Source of the DNA: Thalia democratica
Lineage: Eukaryota
DNA: 64,000 nt
Direction: 5' to 3'
Assembly: GCA_965202585.1 (NCBI GenBank)
Contig: OZ241833.1
Location: 27,466,001 to 27,530,000 of the forward strand
Position 1 is the first letter of the stretch. The number at the start of each line of letters is the position of its first letter. A model generated the notes under the pieces. That model saw only the letters and a list, made by a program, of their open reading frames with translations. It made no database searches and was not told where the DNA came from. Position numbers and translations under genes: made by a program. This document shows positions 27,501-42,500 of this stretch, one piece after another.

Positions 27501-30500
27501 TATTTTATTCACATAAAAATATAAATTTAGTTCATAGCAATTTTTCTAAAACACATAAATTTTTTCAACAAAAAGTTTTTTTTTGAAAAATTTAATATGA
27601 AGCACAAACTTTGCAGAGAAGTGTTTTAATTTTCTTGATAAAACTGCAGTTTTGAACATTTAAACATCACCTTTAAAGTGAAAACTGTGTATAATTATCT
27701 GTTGAAAAGTACACATATGAAAAAACTCGTATGATGTTATTTAATTTCATTTTGCTTCTTAATAATATTTATTAAAAAACTAAACAAAAGCTCTTTTCAA
27801 ATAATAATTTCGTTTAATATTTGTATGTTAAGTATAATTCATTGTTAAAAAATATTAGTATTAATAGCAAACTGCACATAACTTAAATATAATTTTTTCT
27901 AATTCCAGGGTCAAGCAGACAGGCCAGTCCCAGCAGCCGTCCAAATTCGAGGGGCCGGAAAGGCAAGCGGACCCCGAGCCCGTCCACCAGTCGCGAGAAC
28001 CAATCACACGAAGCGAAGTTGTTGAAGGAGCCAATCAAAAAGAAGCTTCCTTTCGTCGGGTTGGTTGTTTGTATAAGAAAATTTATTTTTGTGTTATTAT
28101 AGTTTAATAATAATTAGTGTAGTAGTTATTTTGTAAATTTCATTTTAATTACCTAAAAAAGTCAAATAATTAATAATCAAACAAACTTTACATATTTGTC
28201 AACAACAATGTTATTGAAAAATTTTATTTGAAATCATTTATTACCACTATAAATAAACTCTATTTTGTAATAACAATATCCATACTTTTATTGATTAAAA
28301 ACCTTAAAAATATTTAAAGATCGTAACAGATTTGCTATAAAAAAGTAATAAAATGTTGTTAACATAAATTTTTCAGCTTAACACGTGAAAATGGTTAAGT
28401 TCATATGAAATTAAGTTTAATAACTTAAATTTACCCACGTTTTTATGAATAACATTTCATAAAAAAAATGTAAATTTAATTTTTAAACTTGTATAAAATG
28501 AAAAAAATTAAGTAAAATATGTTTATAGAATGTTGATTAATTTTTCATAACGAAAACATGCTTTTATAAACCACAAAATTTTTACTGACAGCTAAGTAAC
28601 CTTTTCTTAAGTAATTTTACATTTCATAATATTTATTTTTTTACGAAAATAACAAGTTTTTTTTGTTCGAGCATATATTTTAAACTTCATGCATTACTTC
28701 ATACATATAACTATGATTTATATTCTAACTTCAACTTTTTGTTTAAAATTTTGTGGCTTTGATCAATAAATCTTGTTTTAAATTTTTTGTTTTAAATTTT
28801 TTCTCTGTATTTATTCAAACATTTTTGCTGAACTAAATAATATGTTTTAAATTTTACCTAACATCTTAGTAAGCTTTGTTGCACAAAAAATAACTTTTCA
28901 ACGTTTACTAGCTTCATCTGAATTTCTGACAATGCATAATACTTTGTAAAAGTAAAAATAAATAAGCCAACGTATCCCGGGCTGTTTATTGTGGCTGTCA
29001 TTTATTCAGTAAACAAATGTTACTATAACTTCAATGCACGTTATTGTCTCAGAAGGCCAATAAATAATTTTTGGTGTATCAACGTACTTTTTTACTGTAA
29101 ATTTTTTCGTGCTTAAATCTTTTTTGTTTGTTTTTGCTTTACAAAAACTAATCGAGTAAAAAAAAAAGTTTATGATCTTTTGTAGCTGTACAATCTGAAA
29201 CTGTGTATTTTTTTAGAAGTTGAAAGTTTATAAAGTATTTACAGTACTTGTACAACAATAATAGTATAAAAAAATTAAAAACTAAATACTAAAACATGAC
29301 AAGATTCTAGTAATTTTTTATAAATTTTAAAATAACTTCTTATATAATCAACTTGATATTGAATCACGTGACAAATAAATTCATCCAATCAGATTCGACG
29401 TGAAGAACGAGCTAATCCAGGTTGGAGGAAACGAAACTTTTGTGTACCCGTCGGATGGTGGCGTTGTTTCCGCCCAAAGAATATCTTACACCCAAGGTTT
29501 GAATAAAAATATTATGTTAAAATTGTTATTTTTATTGTCTTTTTTGTTTTTGTAAACTTACAAAAAAAAAGAAAAAACAGTTTCTTAGTGAATAGTAAAT
29601 TAATAAAGTAAAATTATCACTACATTTTTTTAATAACTTGTTTGTAACTACTAGGTTTTTAATATTACTCGTACCTTAAATAAAAAATAAAAAATGAAGT
29701 AAAAAACTAAAAAGAAATAGATATTTATTAAGGAAATGTTATAAGTTATATTTTGATAACCACACATATTTATTTTTTCATATTTTTTTTGTGTTCAAAA
29801 GTTTCTCACTTTTTGAGAACTCTTATATAGAAAAGCTATTTTGCTGTAAGAAAATTAAGTAAATTGAAAATATTCTAAGATGTATGTTACAAGTGGTAAA
29901 AAAAAACCGAGCCAAAAAAGCTTACACATTAACGTTTAAAAGTCAATAGATTGTGTAACGCTTTGTGTTTTAACTTGACTGATTTTAATATCATTTAGCA
30001 GTCGACTGTGCCCTTGTAATTAATTTCCCAAGTTCACAGTTTGACATTCGGTTTTGTTTAAATAAAAAGTTTGCGGCAAAATTGCTCCAGAATAGAACTC
30101 GCTCCAAATTTTCGAGTTTAATCGATTACAAGGGCCAAACAAATCGCTCAGAAGCACTTGTCTTGTGTACGACTTTTAAAATTGCAACAGTAAACAGTTG
30201 CTAAAAGTAGAATTCTGGTTCAAGCAGTATTTTTCGTCAACAGTCTTCGTTGCACACGTCATAAAACTAATCTAGTTTTCACTGCCTGTTTCACTAGTTA
30301 ACAGCCAACTGTAAATAACAGTGATTAGTAAGTGAGCTATTTATACACTTTTGTTGCATAACTATTTGGATGCGTCCAGAATAGTGTAATAAACGATTGA
30401 ACAAACTTTTTTTCACTTAAAAGTTGTTTTGATTAAAGCTTCGAATGAAACAGTTTTAGTCTCACATTCTTAAAGCTTAGCGTCACTTAAGTTTTCTGCA

Positions 30501-33500
30501 GCTTTTCTTTTAACTTTTAGTCGCCAGACATCCGATACCAAAGATAAAAAGGTCGTCTGGGTTCGAAATGTCCGCGGAAAATCGATTCGATATTGTGTTA
30601 CCCGACATCATTGGCCAGATAAGAGAATATTCGTTATTCGAAACTGCTATTTTATTGCGCAAAAGTCGGGAGAACACGCATTCTCGGCGTGTCATTAGCT
30701 TCCACATCTCGCTTATTCATTATTCACAACAATGCACCTTGTAATAACTTCTCACGATTTTTCAAAAACACAAACTTTCGTGTTGGAGGTTTTCTTTCAC
30801 AAACCTGTTTGTGCTTCTATGCCACGCCAAACTTGCCCCTTTGATTGAAAAGTTCCCGCTTTTATTTCGGCTCTCCCTCCACAGCCGGCTTGACCGGATT
30901 ACAACGGCTGCAAAGCCCCGTGCATTCGGTGCGGCGGCTAATTAGTTTTTAATTCGCGGCGGTCCGATCCCATTAAGCGCTGAAGAATTTTATTGAATTT
31001 TTCAAAACTGGCATGTTAAGGTTTCGTGTTAGTTTTTTTTTTTTTGCAAACGACCGTTTAGAGCTGTTGTGTGCGCTAATTAGTTTTTTAAGTTTAAGAG
31101 AAAAAAGCATAATTTTGTAGCCTTGAGCGATGCTTGCTTTCTTTTTTGACACGTTAGAAGTGTCAGATTAAAATAACTGCTTTTCGACGTAATTTTATTA
31201 CACATAATAAGGTTTCTAATTATAGCAATTACCGGCGCATGAAAAATCATAAAAGTTGTTTTACTTTCTACGGAAGCTCGATAAATTTTTAATCGAAATT
31301 TTTTCTCAAAAAGCCATCAATTATTAATCCGCGCATTAAAGCATCAGAAAGTAGAGATTACGCGCATAACCGTCGAAAGTTAATTTATATTTCACAGCCG
31401 CAAGTTCAAATCAATCAAAAAGCCAATTAAGCTTTTGCTTACACAACTCACGCTGAAACTTGAAAAAATTTCAAAGCTCGCACACATCAACAAGCAAGGG
31501 AATATTTCAAAGCGAGAATTTAGAATGCGAACCTTCCGGTTACGAACTCCCTCGAGATATAAAAGTGACCCGAGAGTCGGATTCTCACCGCTGAGTCACT
31601 GTTTTTTTCGTGCCATATGCCGCGATTTATCACGCCTCATGCTGGTAGCTTCTTGTCGACTTTCGGTTTTGGTGGCTTATATAAAACCTGTAACAGACTT
31701 TATATAAAACACATTGCTACTTTGTGTTGCTCACTGCTTGACTGATTCAATCAATTCCTCAGTCTGGTTGTCTTATGAAACATTTATCAATCCAAATGTT
31801 GTGCCATAATTTTTGATTTTATTACTGACATTTGTAAGCTTTAAAATTTGTAGATTTTCTCTAAGATTTGGTTAATTTTTTTATTATATGTATCAACCTA
31901 GTTAATAGAACAAGTTAAACTTATTTTCTGAATATATAATCAGAATTTATAATAAAAACACAATTAATAATTAAGCTTATACCAAGCAGTTGAACTTTTT
32001 GATTTTTATTCTGTTTTTACCCTAACAAATTGATACTTACTAATTTAAATATATTTCATTTTTTAAATAAAAAAAATGTTTTTAGTTTAAGCTGCCTTTC
32101 TTAATCAAAATAAAAGTAGCAACAAAATCTAGCAAAACATTCCTTTTAAAATGCTTACGCTTCTAAAATCTCCTTATCATTCTCAATTAATTCTCTATTT
32201 AAAATCAACAAGTCGCATGTAGGTAATTCGGTCGCAAACAAACCTGGCCGACTTCCAACTTCTCTCATCGATTTCCAACACAAACAGGTCGCACTCACGT
32301 CCGGGTGAAGGTGGCCAAGGACGGTCACGTGATCACGTGTCACGTGCTCGAGCCGACCGACCATGACGAGGAGGCGAAGCTGATGTCGCTGCTGCAGGAG
32401 TGCCAGGAGTTCGGGCGGGAAGGTGGTCAGGAGGAGCAGAAGCACCAGGACGGCCACCACCCGACCAAGACCAGCCACGACAACAAGCGCAAGAGCTCCC
32501 ACCACAACGGCAGCCACGGCAACGGCGGGGGACACCACGTGGTCTGTTTCGACGACGAGAGCAAAAAAGCTTCGGAAGCCGGTGAGTTGGTTTTGGTGTA
32601 TAAATTTTGATGTTGTAAAAATTCTGAATATTTTAAATCAAAACATTTGTTCATTTATATTCTTATTTATCATAAAATGCTTAATATAAGGTTAAATAAT
32701 ATTGATATTAATGTATTAAAACAGTCTTAATGCATTTTTTTATATGTGTACAATCTTTGTATCAAAAAGTGTATGTTTGTTTATTCATTTTAACTATTGA
32801 GTTGTAAAATAGTCTGCGAACTTTGGTATTATTAAACATAATCTAAAGATGAAAAAAAAAATTGCAAGCACGAATATTAAACTTAAATCATTTAACCTTT
32901 CTTATCTGAAACAATTTTACAAACTTTAAACACGATAAAAAACCGAGTACTGAGAGTAACTTTTCTAGATATTCTTTGCAAAAAAGATAAAATCAGGCTT
33001 TTCGCCACCAGGCCAGCTTTTTTGCTATCGAGAAAATCGGCAATAAATATGAAATTGCATCGTTTGATAGATGACTTGCTATCTGTGCTGCCTTTTGAAC
33101 TGCGCAAAGTGGCCGTGAAAATCACCCCGAGGAAACGAGTTTGCATTAGCCTCGGTTGAAAAATGTTTGAAAAAATTTTACAATGTGAAATTGTAGCCGC
33201 GTTTTGGCGATGCGCAGGTTGATAAGAAAGTTTGTTGGGAAAGTTCGAACCGTAGCACATGTATTCGCTCATCCGATTAAAGTTTGCTTCTAATTGATGT
33301 TGATCGCATCGACGTTTAACTTTTTGGTAGCTCTGATTGAGATTATTAACTTTTTTTGTGCTCTTTTGTACGCATGTGTACCTAATTTGATTGGGAGTTT
33401 AAATATTTTTTTTTTCTTTACACAAAGAACTTTAGGCAAAAAGAAAAGGTAGCAATAAGTTCGAATTTAGGTTACGTAAAAAATCTGATTGATTTATTCA

Positions 33501-36500
33501 ATAGTATTGATTATAATGTCAAGGCGTAAAAACAGTGAAACACAAGCCGCATAAGAAAATTTGTTGTATAAGTGAACTTTAGAAATATTTCCAAGGCGAG
33601 CCTACGTTCAAATGCTAAAAAACAAGTGAAAATACGTAATTTTGTTCAAAAAACAAAAAATCACGTTTGTTTTGACGAGCTTCTTCATTTGTTGTCGAAA
33701 AAACTGAAACAACGTTTCGAAAGTCTTTGCTTATTTTTTCTTGCATATACGTTGCGCAGTAGTTTCTAGTAAAAACATTGGTTTCTACTCATCAAGTTTC
33801 ATCTTTCCCTAGACCAGCCGTGAATTATTGATGGGATTGTTCGAGGATTACCAAAGAGGCATTCTTCAGTCTTCAATGTCATTACGGACCTGTTCGAGTG
33901 ACAAGAGCTGACCGTTGAAGACACGAAAGGCCGCTTCAATCGCGCTACATCACTGCGCCACTCACGAAAAAATCAATCTCGAACTTAACCCCTTTCTGCG
34001 CGCGGCAATTAGCCCGCGAAATCGGCAGCTTCTGAGCTGGCGCGATGACAATTCGGCAGATTATCGATTCTCGGCTCCTTCTTATTTGTTCTCAAATATC
34101 GGACAAATTGATCCGCGCGATTTTGCGCAAGTGGAGCGTTTTGCCTATCAATTATTAAACTTGATCGTTTCGCGCGCTTTAAAAGAACCGAGCTTTCGGT
34201 CTTGAACTTTCAGCTTCATCGGCTGTTTTTGCGCTTCTTAAATGCCTATTTTGTAATTGATCGCTAAACTTTGGCGGCGAGAATTTTCTGGAAGTTCAGA
34301 TATTCGTGAGAGGTACTGCGTGTTTTATTGCATTGTTGTTTAGCTGGTTCAAAGTTTATTCGGGTTCTAATGTAAGTTGTTGTGATGCATATATAAGCTA
34401 CAAAAACGAAAACAAAAAAGTTAAACTTAAATCTTCAAGTACACTTTAAATGGGTTTTTTAATTACTTTAGCGTAAGTGTTTTTATACTGACGTCAGACA
34501 ACACAAAAACGCATTTAGCTGCCGACTGCTATCAGAAAGTGACCTTCGCTATCAAGCAACGTACTTGAGAAAATTGCTTTAAAAAGCAAAAGACAACTGG
34601 CAACTTGCTATCGAAGCAAGAGTTTGATAAGCAAATTCATTCGATGGCAAAAAGCGAGCCTTTTAACTGTTGGTTACTTGACTGTTTGTTGGCTTCCTTG
34701 TTTGCATTAAGTAATTACCACACAGCGAAGAAAAGTGTAGTGATGGCTATTGGCCTGCGCAAACAATCACCTAAATAAGCTTGTAAATCACAAATGTTTA
34801 TTGTGAGCACTCTGTAAGGGTTGCTAAACACAATAGAAGCGAAATTTTCAATAAAGACTTTTTTGTTGTGTCGAATTGAAAGTCGTACTGAGAATGTTTT
34901 CAATTTTGACCGTGCAGTTTTTGTTTGTTTCAAAAGCAATCAAGAATCCTCACCAGCTTGCAAACGTTTGAACAGAACAATTTCTTTTCTCATACTCGAT
35001 TTTGTTTGTTATCATTCCCCTTCACGTTTTAACCTCAAAACAAACCCTTAACTAATGGACGCTTTAAAAAAGGTTTGCTTGCCTTGTTTTGAGAAAAACA
35101 CTGTAAACAAGCATCTATTAATTACTTCAAAGCAAATCCAAACTGAATTAGAAGTTTGCGAGCCAAGCTAATTACAAATGCATTTTTATTACTTTCAAGC
35201 TGGGTTTCGCACAAGTGCTGACATGGCGTGCAACTCATCAATGTGTAAGTGATATTAATAATTTGTTTCTGACTTGCTTGTAACTTTATATTCTCATACT
35301 TCAAAGAAAAATTTCTCTAAAGGTATGAACGTGAAAGAGTAATTTTATCTTTTGGTTCGATTAAGTACAACACTCTCTACTAATTTTTAACTGTCAAATC
35401 TCTGACTTACGAAAATGTATTTATAAAACTGCAATAAATCATTTAAACAGAACTTCAACATATCATAAGATTAGCTTAATAGTTAATAAAAGTATTTTTC
35501 TTAAATTTTTTAATTTGAATTCAACTAAATTGAGAAAAAAATATTTTTTTTACTACTTTTTTTAGGTTTTTATTTAATTTACATAGAATAAAAATTTAAA
35601 CTAATAAGTTTTTGAAATTATTATCAAAATAGAGAAAAAAATAAATTGCTTTACTACTTTTTTTAGATTTTTATTTAAATTACATATAATAAAAAAACAA
35701 ATAAGTTTTTGAAATTATGAACAAAAAAAAAGTTTAATAAAAATATCGTGCTCTTAATAATTTATTCAAAAATTTTTTTTTGGAATTTTTCTATAGAAGC
35801 AAACTACTAGAAAAAACCAAAAAGAAAATTTTCAAAGCTTAACTCGATTTTCTAAACACTGCGAGATCGGCTTTCGGCCACAAGCGATCAAAATAAGAGA
35901 TGAAATGCAGATGACGATTTCACGGTGGCCGCTTCTTTCTATTCGAGGCGAACATTAAAAAGTTATTACGAAGCCATCAGTAAGTCGTTAGAAGCACAAA
36001 CCTGCTCTGTACAGTCTCGAACGCAATCAGAAATAAATTATTTTCTTTTCTTTTGACAGCCGGTGATGCTTTCTAAAACAAGAAATTAAAATTGATATTT
36101 TGGGCAGAACAAATGCGAGTGAATGACGCTTGTTCTTTATAAAAGGTTAAGAGAAAACTGATTTGGCTTGTTTTATATTTGACAATATCGCAATATTAAT
36201 CATTTTATTAGCTAAAAGGCAAAACAAGAATACTCTGCTCTAAATACGCATATTCGGAGCAAACACGGTTTTCGTTATGGATCTAGGTTAAAACCATTTA
36301 CGAATTCAGCGCATTTGTTGTCAAAAAGCAAGAAAGAAGTAGATTAAAAATCGATATTTGCGAGTAATTCTTGCTTTTACGGCAGTGCGATTGATTGCAA
36401 CCCGGAGTAGTGCATGTTCGCTTTTCCCCGAGGAATATTTCCATACAACTCGTTTAATTTGAATTCTACATTTGTTTAAAGGGAAATGCTTATTTTTATT

Positions 36501-39500
36501 ACAAAGAACTAATATTGAAATATATTACAAAGAAATTAAATACAAAGAACTTGAAGTATAGTATTACAAAGAACAAAGCTAACTTAATAAGCATGTAACG
36601 GACATACTTAAGTTTGTATTAAATTAAAATTAAACTTGTACTTTTTCATGTTACTGTTTTTAATAAAAATCATTATTTTTGAAAACAAATTAATTTTTTA
36701 CATCCGTTCTAAACTTGGCATTGGTTTAATATTGTTTATGAGTTTTATTTTTACAATACCTGTGTTCAAAGTTGTGTATCAAAATTAAAAGCTATTTAGT
36801 TTATATGAACTAACAAAAACAAGTAAGAATTAACCAAATAAAACAATTTTAAAAGTTTATAGCCGTGTGTTTATTGACTTGAAAGTTACAAGCTGTGAAA
36901 AATTTAACAATTTTTTAAATATCTCAGTGTTTTTTAGCATACTAAATGTTTAAATTACAATGAGTATAAGTAACCACAAATAATAGTAATTAAGCTGTAA
37001 ACTCAACAAACTACAACTGTTAGCTAAAAATTATACTTGTTTGAAAAACCTTTATTTTAATTTTTGATCTTTAGTATTCCTACAACACTTTTAGCTATAT
37101 AATACAAAATACAAGGTTGTTTTCCAGTTTAAATCTTTAAGAATAACTGATAAAATAGTAGCAATATATCTTTTTAAATTTTGTTGGTAGATTTCTGAAG
37201 CTTTGTTTTAACACCAAGCAAGTTGATACATTCCGCTTTTACAACTATCATGCAAAGTTTGACTTGTTATTTCCAGGCAAGCATTCAGTTGAAAAGTCGT
37301 TACAGCAGCAGATCGAGATGGAGAATTGTCACTCGCAGTTCGGTTCGACTTGCGCCGTGTTTTGCGACAACATGGTGCTTTCGTACAGCTTGCACGGAGA
37401 AACCGGCTACAACCCCAACGCTGGTGAGTTTTTATTAACAAAGCATAACATTTTTTTGAAACAATAAAGTTTAAAACATTTGATTTTTCAAGCCTACACT
37501 TTTTATAAATTAAATACCTTCTTAGCAGATTAAGATCCCCAACGCTGGTTAGTTGCTTGTTAACAAAAAACATGATAAAATATTGAAAACATAGATTTAT
37601 ATCTTAGCAAACCAACTTAATAACTTTAGTTGTGCTATATTTTTTAAAGATTTTTTCATAAGTCGTATTGTTTTTGATATCTTGAAAGTTTTAATCAGCA
37701 TTTTATTTTTACGACTACTTTTAAATTTAAGACATACTTCGAACTTTTTCCTAATTTTTTGCTTTCTTCCAACAAATTCTCGCAACAGACAAGCTGAAGA
37801 ACGAGATCGGCAAGATACTGGAGAAGGCCGAGGTGGCCGTGGAGCAGCTGTCCAAACCTTCGGTGGCCCCCGCGGACGTCCAAGCCGCCCCGACCGCCGC
37901 CACCAGCCAGGCCGCCAAGAAGGGCAAGAAGGCCAAGGACTCGTCGCCGGCGGGCCGAAAGAGCCCCAAGGACAAGCGGAGGAGCAAGGGCGTGGTCCAG
38001 GACTCGAAGACGGACGTGGCGCAGGCGCAGGAGGAAGCTCAGGTGAGCGAAACTTGTGTTGTGACGTCACAAACGCGATTAGAGAGTCGAAAGGCGATTG
38101 TGACGCAACAGCAGGCGCGCGCGGGTGCTGATTGACGCGTTTTGATTGGTGTTGCGATTATTTCGGTGCTGTGACGGTTGTGGTGTTGATTTATGGAATC
38201 GGCGCGTGTTGTGCGGTTTGGTGTTTTGTTAATTAGCAAAGTGATTTGTAATGTTTAATTCGGGATTTGCAAGTTTCGTTTACGTTGTTAACCGTGTACA
38301 AGCTGTTTTTATATATGTTTTTAAATTTGTTAAGTTTGAATAACTTTCAATTTACACAAGTTTTTTTTTAACGCTTTATGTATAACTAAAATTTTGAGAA
38401 CTACTATAAAAATCCTATATTTATGATATTTTATAAAATTTATCTCACGTTGAATAAACGCAGTCAATAAATAAAGTGAGAGTGAAATTCTATACAAATT
38501 TTATCTCTAAAAGCATTTAGAATTTTACAATACAAAATATAGTGTTCAAAAGACAATAAATCAAGCCAGTTCAATAAAACTGCGCACAGAAATTGTTTAC
38601 TTTGAAAATTTCTTGGCAAATTTCTTGTCTGCCACCTGTTTTGAATGAGGGCAATAAATTTATGCGCGGATAATGTCTCTCATTATTAATTTATTCTCTC
38701 AATGGCGTCTTTCGCCCTTTTAAAGCTCAATGGAAAAACTGAAAGAGAAAAACGGTTTCAATTCATCTCAACTTAGCCGCAAAATATTTCAAAATATAAA
38801 TAAAAATTGGCGTGAAACTAGCTTCTTTATTTTGCACGTATTTTTTATTTTTCTCAATATCTACGATATTGTGTAATGTACATAATTTATTTACTTTCAG
38901 GTAAAAGAAGAAGTTCAGCCGCAGAACTGTAACCACCACCAGAAGAGCGACACCCAACGGCAGCCCCAGCTCTACGTTTCCTGCCCCAACGGCCTCACCC
39001 TCTGCTATAACGCAAACACCAGCAAAAACGGTTTGTGACGTCATAATGTAAATACGCTTGCTGATGTCCGTTACGCTCAAGCACACTCGGTTTCCATAGC
39101 GACGCCGGTTTTCATGGGTTTAGGGCGGTTTGGGGCGGCCATTAATCGGATGACAATGTCACTGACGAACCGAACAGCCGCTGATCCGATCAAATTAATT
39201 CAATTTTTCACTCACAAAACGCATCGCTGTTGCACGCTTTGGGTGTTTGTAAATGTTTTACTCATTTTGCTATTCGGCTTAAAATCAACATTTGATTCTC
39301 TTTTTTCTGACTTTTGTTTGCAAGCTGATTTTTCCTCGTTTCCCTGCCTAATTCAATGTTTCACCTTTCGCGTAATTGAATTTGACTCGCGCTAATGCCA
39401 ATTTTCCCCTTTGCGCACGAAAATGTTGCCACTTGCGTAACGAGCTTTGATTAATACAAACGACGAAGCAGGCCTCTTAATCCAGGCAAATTGCCTTCTT

Positions 39501-42500
39501 GATTTGCAAACCAGCTTGCTCGAAAATAAGAGAGAGCAAGTTTTTTGCCCATTGTGTATTATTGTATTGTGTTTCGTGCCTTTTCAAATTATTTAAAGTT
39601 TTTTTTTTAAGTTTAAAGATTTGGTGCTTTCAGCTTTTGAAAAGCAAACTTGTAGCTGTTTAAGTCTGTAACGACGGTTTTATCTGTTTAAAGTTACAAC
39701 ACAACTTAAGGTTAAGAGTAATTTAACCTATAAATTGGTTTGTCACTAGTCTAATTACGAGCTTAAATCGAAAACAAAAACCTGGCTGTTTGATATATTA
39801 CACATGTCAGCAAACGTTTATTTTCTCTATTCTAGAAACTAAAAAAAAGAGCTAATTTAAACGGGGTTTTTTATTAATAAGCTGTTGTTTGTTTATGCCC
39901 GTGTTTCCAGGAGATTTTCCTCTGTAAGTTAACTCAAGTTCGGCTTATTTTCTGCCGTGTGGGATACTTTCTCATAAGCCGCATGAGAAAAACTTGTTTT
40001 GCATGAACAAAGCCGCTTAGCTGTTTTCAACAACAAGCCTCTGCTCGAATCGAGCGCCCGTCTAATTATGTATTGCTTGCAATCACTTGCGCCAGTTCAT
40101 TATCTAGTCAGCCGCATCGATTGATTGCTCAGTGTGACGTCACAGTTATCGCCATATTGGAAAGCTTATCTGCTGCTAATCACATTTCGCATTCCGTGAT
40201 AGCTGAGATACTGAACACATCACAGTGTGTTGTTGTTATGGGGCTTCTTATGAAAGTCATGCTTGTTAATTATGCATAAGAAGCTTTCTTATTTTGTCTA
40301 AAAAGAATTAAGAAGTATTCCGCTACAAGCTTTGATTTTAACTTAATAAAAAATGATAAAATCTGTATTGATTAGTTTTGCAACTGTACGCAAAAAAAAA
40401 GATTAACTTTTAAGCTCAATGCTTTGGTGTAGTGTATTACGCTCAGTAATTGACATTTTAATATTTTTTTTAATCCGATTAGTTTTATGTGGTGTTTCTT
40501 GGAAAACTTGTAAAAATATTTTCTTAAAAGCGAAAGTCAAAAACCACAAGAAACTGTGTTGTTGTTGTTGGAAGGTCGCAAAAAAAAAAGTTGAGCTAAA
40601 AAAAGAGGTTCAACGGAAGCGCGGAAATAGAATTTTTTTTTTAGAAGATTGAAAGGTCGACGACTTCGCGTTTGTTATGACAAAATAAAGCGGGCGAGCG
40701 CGTGTTGTTTGAAACAGAATGTCTTGAAAAACCAACAGTTGATTTAAAGCCGTGTTCTTGCTTTCTGTGCGCTTGTATGTTGTGTTTGAAAAGCAAGTCG
40801 TGCAAAGGGAAGAGAGAGAGTTTCGAGCGAATTTTCTGCTTTCAACTTCGTTGCTGACAAAATTTGAAAAAATTAAAGCTGAAAAGGGGTTCTGCCGAGC
40901 CAACAAAAACAAACGTCGTTACTGGTGGTCTCGTTAGCAACGGGTTATTTGCGCAGGCCGCACACTTAACTACTTCACCCTACAACAAAAAAAAACCATT
41001 GCTACTTTCTCTTGCAAAGCTGCTAGTGCTACTACTTATGTTGTTAATTACAAAAACCAAGAGTCGTTGACAAGCTACTTGTTCTTTTTTTATTTTTTGT
41101 TCTCAATGTCAGAGAGCGCAATTAAAAAACGGTTTCCTTTGAGGAAAGAAAAGTAAAGTGCACAAAAGAAAACGAAATGTCACTAAAAATGTAAAAAATA
41201 AAATAGGCAATAAAAAATAAACAGTAACAATATACCTTCATAGAAACAATACCTTTCAAACTTTTATTGATTTAATTTATTAGTTTTGTAGAAGTGTTTT
41301 TTTTGTTGTAAATGAAAAATTTCACACAGATGCTATGTAAAATAAAAAATAAAAAAAACTACAAAAACTATAATTCGTGTGAACGTAAATCGCAGACCAA
41401 AGTTTTAATAGCATAAATATTTACTGTCAATAGAAACAATGAAAATAAAACAAATCGCTACAAAATTTCTTGGCTTCAAAAAAAATCAAACTGTCACGTT
41501 TGATTTTAGCTACATAAAAAAAATCACGTTTTGCTAATCGGTTGATCAAAAATTCTATTCAAATTGATTGGGGTGAGTGCGAAGCTGCCAACAAAGCATG
41601 TCGAGATTAAATTCCATCGAAATAAATAAAATTGATTTATAAAATGTAAAAATGGAAACTCTTTCGACTTTTTTTTTTGAGTGTATGGATTAAAAGAAAT
41701 TAAAAATAAATAAAATAGCAGTGATTGAGTCTTTTTAAAAATAAAATTATTTCGATCATAACAAACATTTAAACACAAACGACAAAATTGTTAAATTCGC
41801 CAATGAGAGGCTCGAAAAATGTCTCGTCGACGACGAACCCTTGTACTCCTGGTTGATGGAGTCCATCTGGCTTCCGGGAATACCCGTCACTTCCTCGACC
41901 TGCCTCCTCTCGACCGCCGTCGTTTCCACGGCGACGTCCAACAGCGGCGGGGTCCGCGGGGGCTCGCACCTCACGCCCCTTTCCAGCACCTGCTTCTTGT
42001 GCTGCGACTGGATTGGGTGCTGCTTGCGGTGCCGGTCAGTGCATTTCGGCTCGTCGAAGGTGATTCCCCTCTCCAGTCCCACCACGCGCCACTCCTTGCG
42101 CAGGAGGGGGTCCAGCAGGCAAAGGTCGGTGATGCCGCAGCTGAAGCGGTTGTTGGCGACGAAGACGGTCTGGAGGCGGGGAAGTCCGGCGAGGGGGTTC
42201 CCGTCCAACTGCAGGATGCGGTTGTCGCTGAGGTCCAACGTTCTCAGCTGCTTCATCTCGGCGAACACGTGTTCGTTGCGCACCTGCCTCAAGTGGTTGC
42301 CCCTCAGGTACAGCTTCTTCAGCGTGGCGAAGAACGGCGCCAGCACCCTCAGGTCCAACGTTTGCAGCTGAAAAAAATTTAACCATTAAGACAAACAGTA
42401 AAATTCTAATGGATTTTTTAAAACGCGCTAGTTACGTCATAATATGTCATAACGGCACCCGCCGAAACGTCGCCCCTGCCTCATGAATATTTAAAACGCC

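Noticed and set aside
30510-30707. ORF starting MWKL like the LRR gene
   Set aside because: Similarity ends after four residues; no signal peptide or Cys cap
33800-34200. Coding-looking segment (AIEAAFRVF on the - strand)
   Set aside because: Stops in plausible frames and no partner exons found
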